Assembly (NCBI GenBank): GCA_000002445.1
Contig: CP000070.1
Span: forward strand, 1,248,001-1,312,000
Reading direction: 5' to 3'
DNA from: Trypanosoma brucei
Taxonomy: Eukaryota
Length of the DNA stretch: 64,000 nt
Part shown: positions 63,001-64,000 of the stretch, piece by piece
How the letters are laid out: each line of letters begins with the position of its first letter
Numbering within the stretch: position 1 is the stretch's first letter
The notes under the pieces: model-generated
What the model was told of the DNA's origin: nothing
Seen by the model: the letters and a program-made list of their open reading frames with translations, nothing else
Databases searched by the model: none
Translations under genes and position numbers: made by a program

Positions 63001-64000
63001 CACGAAATGCGATTGTGCGATATAACACATTCCAAATATCGAATTAGTCTGCACAAAATTGCCCACCGTAAGTTGCATCAATTTTTTCCTCGCTGTTGCT
63101 ACAGCAGACCATCGATTCCAAGTACGTTAATATGCGCACGGATAGCTGTCCATGCGGGTTTCAGTGAGGTGTTGCACTTGAACAAGTTCACTTCCGGTCA
63201 TCTTTCGATGACACAGAGCGGAACATCTGCATATTTAAAAAAGCGTGAACAAGTAAGTAAAAAAGCCGAGCCGCCTCGGTGATGCGTGACAGTAGCGCGA
63301 ACGTTAGTGGTTCGTTTCTTCTTCCGGTGATATTGATATTAAAATCCCAGAAAGATAATTCACGCTACAGCCAATCTTCCCTTTGCGCGGACACCTTCAT
63401 TACCCCATCAAAAAGATATTACACCGGTTAAATCGAAAGGGTTTGTAAAATCAACAGAACTTTTGCGAAGGGCGATAGGAACGGGAAGCACATCGACGAA
63501 CATTCGCATAGAAGCAGTGATCAGACCCTTCGTAAGCTGCATAATCGTTAAGAAAGAGATGACACACCTCTCCCTCGTTGTGCACAACCGCACCTAGCAC
63601 CACGAGATGCACGTACAGTTGTGGAGCGTATCAGCAGGGAAAATGACAGGCAGGCCCGGCACATGTACATTATAGCGCAGAAGGGAGGGGTGAAGCGGCA
63701 CCCACCCAGCGCTCCACAGTTCCAGACCACGCAACGTTTGGACCCTTTCAAACAAAGGCCCCGTACCACGATAACGTCCCACCCATCGCACGCCGCATCG
63801 TGGTCGGCACCCACTGGCCCCAACTCATACAACCTAAAGGATACCAACGCGCAGTACCGGGCTAAGCGAGGGCAAATTCCCCATACGCGCCACATCTGCC
63901 GTTCTCGGTAAATACGGGCCGTACGTGCACAGGTTGTCAAGCACCCCTCCAGTCTTCAAGCGCAAAGAACAAAAACTTCGTTCCTCCTCCGCCGCAGCAT
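60036..64000. other. about 4 kb with no credible ORF but normal sequence complexity; candidate PTU boundary/transcription-start region or decayed element
   Basis: Unlike the other gene-free intervals, this one is not built from homopolymers or microsatellites. All ORFs here are 96 aa or shorter, apart from one 130-aa Arg/Cys-rich artefact. It lies immediately upstream, in the transcriptional sense, of the first gene of the minus-strand array. Confidence 0.3.

Noticed and set aside
63548-63940. 130-aa minus-strand ORF and 96-aa plus-strand ORF at the window end
   Set aside because: These are Arg/Cys/Gly-rich products overlapping each other in a GC-rich patch, with no domain signature. They look like random open frames.
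1-64000. CRISPR arrays, restriction-modification, toxin-antitoxin or other prokaryotic defence or operon systems
   Set aside because: The sequence is eukaryotic (kinetoplastid). There are no direct-repeat/spacer arrays, no cas-like genes and no prokaryotic operon signatures. The co-oriented gene array is a kinetoplastid polycistron.
60036-64000. tRNA, snRNA or SL-RNA genes in the ORF-free region
   Set aside because: I found no GTTCGAATC/GGTTCGA-type T-loop plus acceptor-stem complementarity, and no recognisable SL or U-snRNA sequence by eye. A covariance-model scan would be needed to exclude them formally.

Overview
This 64-kb window appears to be nuclear chromosome-core DNA from a trypanosomatid, most likely a Trypanosoma species. 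The evidence is about 50% GC in coding sequence, AT-rich low-complexity intergenic DNA full of (TA)n, (CA)n and (AAAT)n microsatellites, polypyrimidine tracts upstream of every gene, no introns, and protein sets typical of kinetoplastids. I lean towards a T. brucei-group genome but cannot prove this without a search.

All 27 convincing protein-coding genes lie on the minus strand. The window therefore looks like one segment of a single polycistronic transcription unit, transcribed from high to low coordinates. Plus-strand ORFs in the track are antisense shadows or low-complexity artefacts.

Genes recognised from sequence, from low to high coordinate:
- WD40/PB1-like protein
- mitochondrial-presequence protein
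- PUF (Pumilio) RNA-binding protein
- coiled-coil protein
- two hypothetical proteins
- secreted cyclophilin
- NADAR (YbiA-like) protein
- proteasome beta-6 (PSMB1-type) subunit
- small mitochondrial-like single-TM protein
- SAMHD1-like HD-domain dNTP triphosphohydrolase
- Trm112
- kinesin
- two hypothetical proteins
- FHA protein
- EF-hand-like protein
- TMEM147-like 7-TM protein
- 853-aa membrane-anchored protein
- XRNA 5'-3' exoribonuclease (1418 aa)
- 369-aa hypothetical
- NBS1/nibrin homologue (FHA plus BRCT; matches the SKYGT and IVxPEYF nibrin motifs)
- small Cys-rich PSI-like surface protein
- RNase H1 with N-terminal hybrid-binding domain
- ~900-aa oligopeptidase-B-like S9 peptidase
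- NSDHL-type sterol C4 decarboxylase
- 459-aa hypothetical

The ORF track calls TTG and GTG as starts. Eleven N-termini were therefore re-set to the first in-frame ATG; each was checked codon by codon.

Three long gene-free stretches stand out:
- 6.6-9.2 kb and 36.7-40.5 kb are low-complexity.
- 60.0-64.0 kb has normal sequence complexity but no ORF, and may be a PTU boundary or a degenerate element.

I found no prokaryotic-style system (CRISPR, operon, defence island), which is expected for this kind of genome. The most interesting items are the NBS1 homologue, the stand-alone NADAR protein, the PSI-like Cys-rich surface protein, the palindromic compound microsatellites, and the 60-64 kb gene desert.
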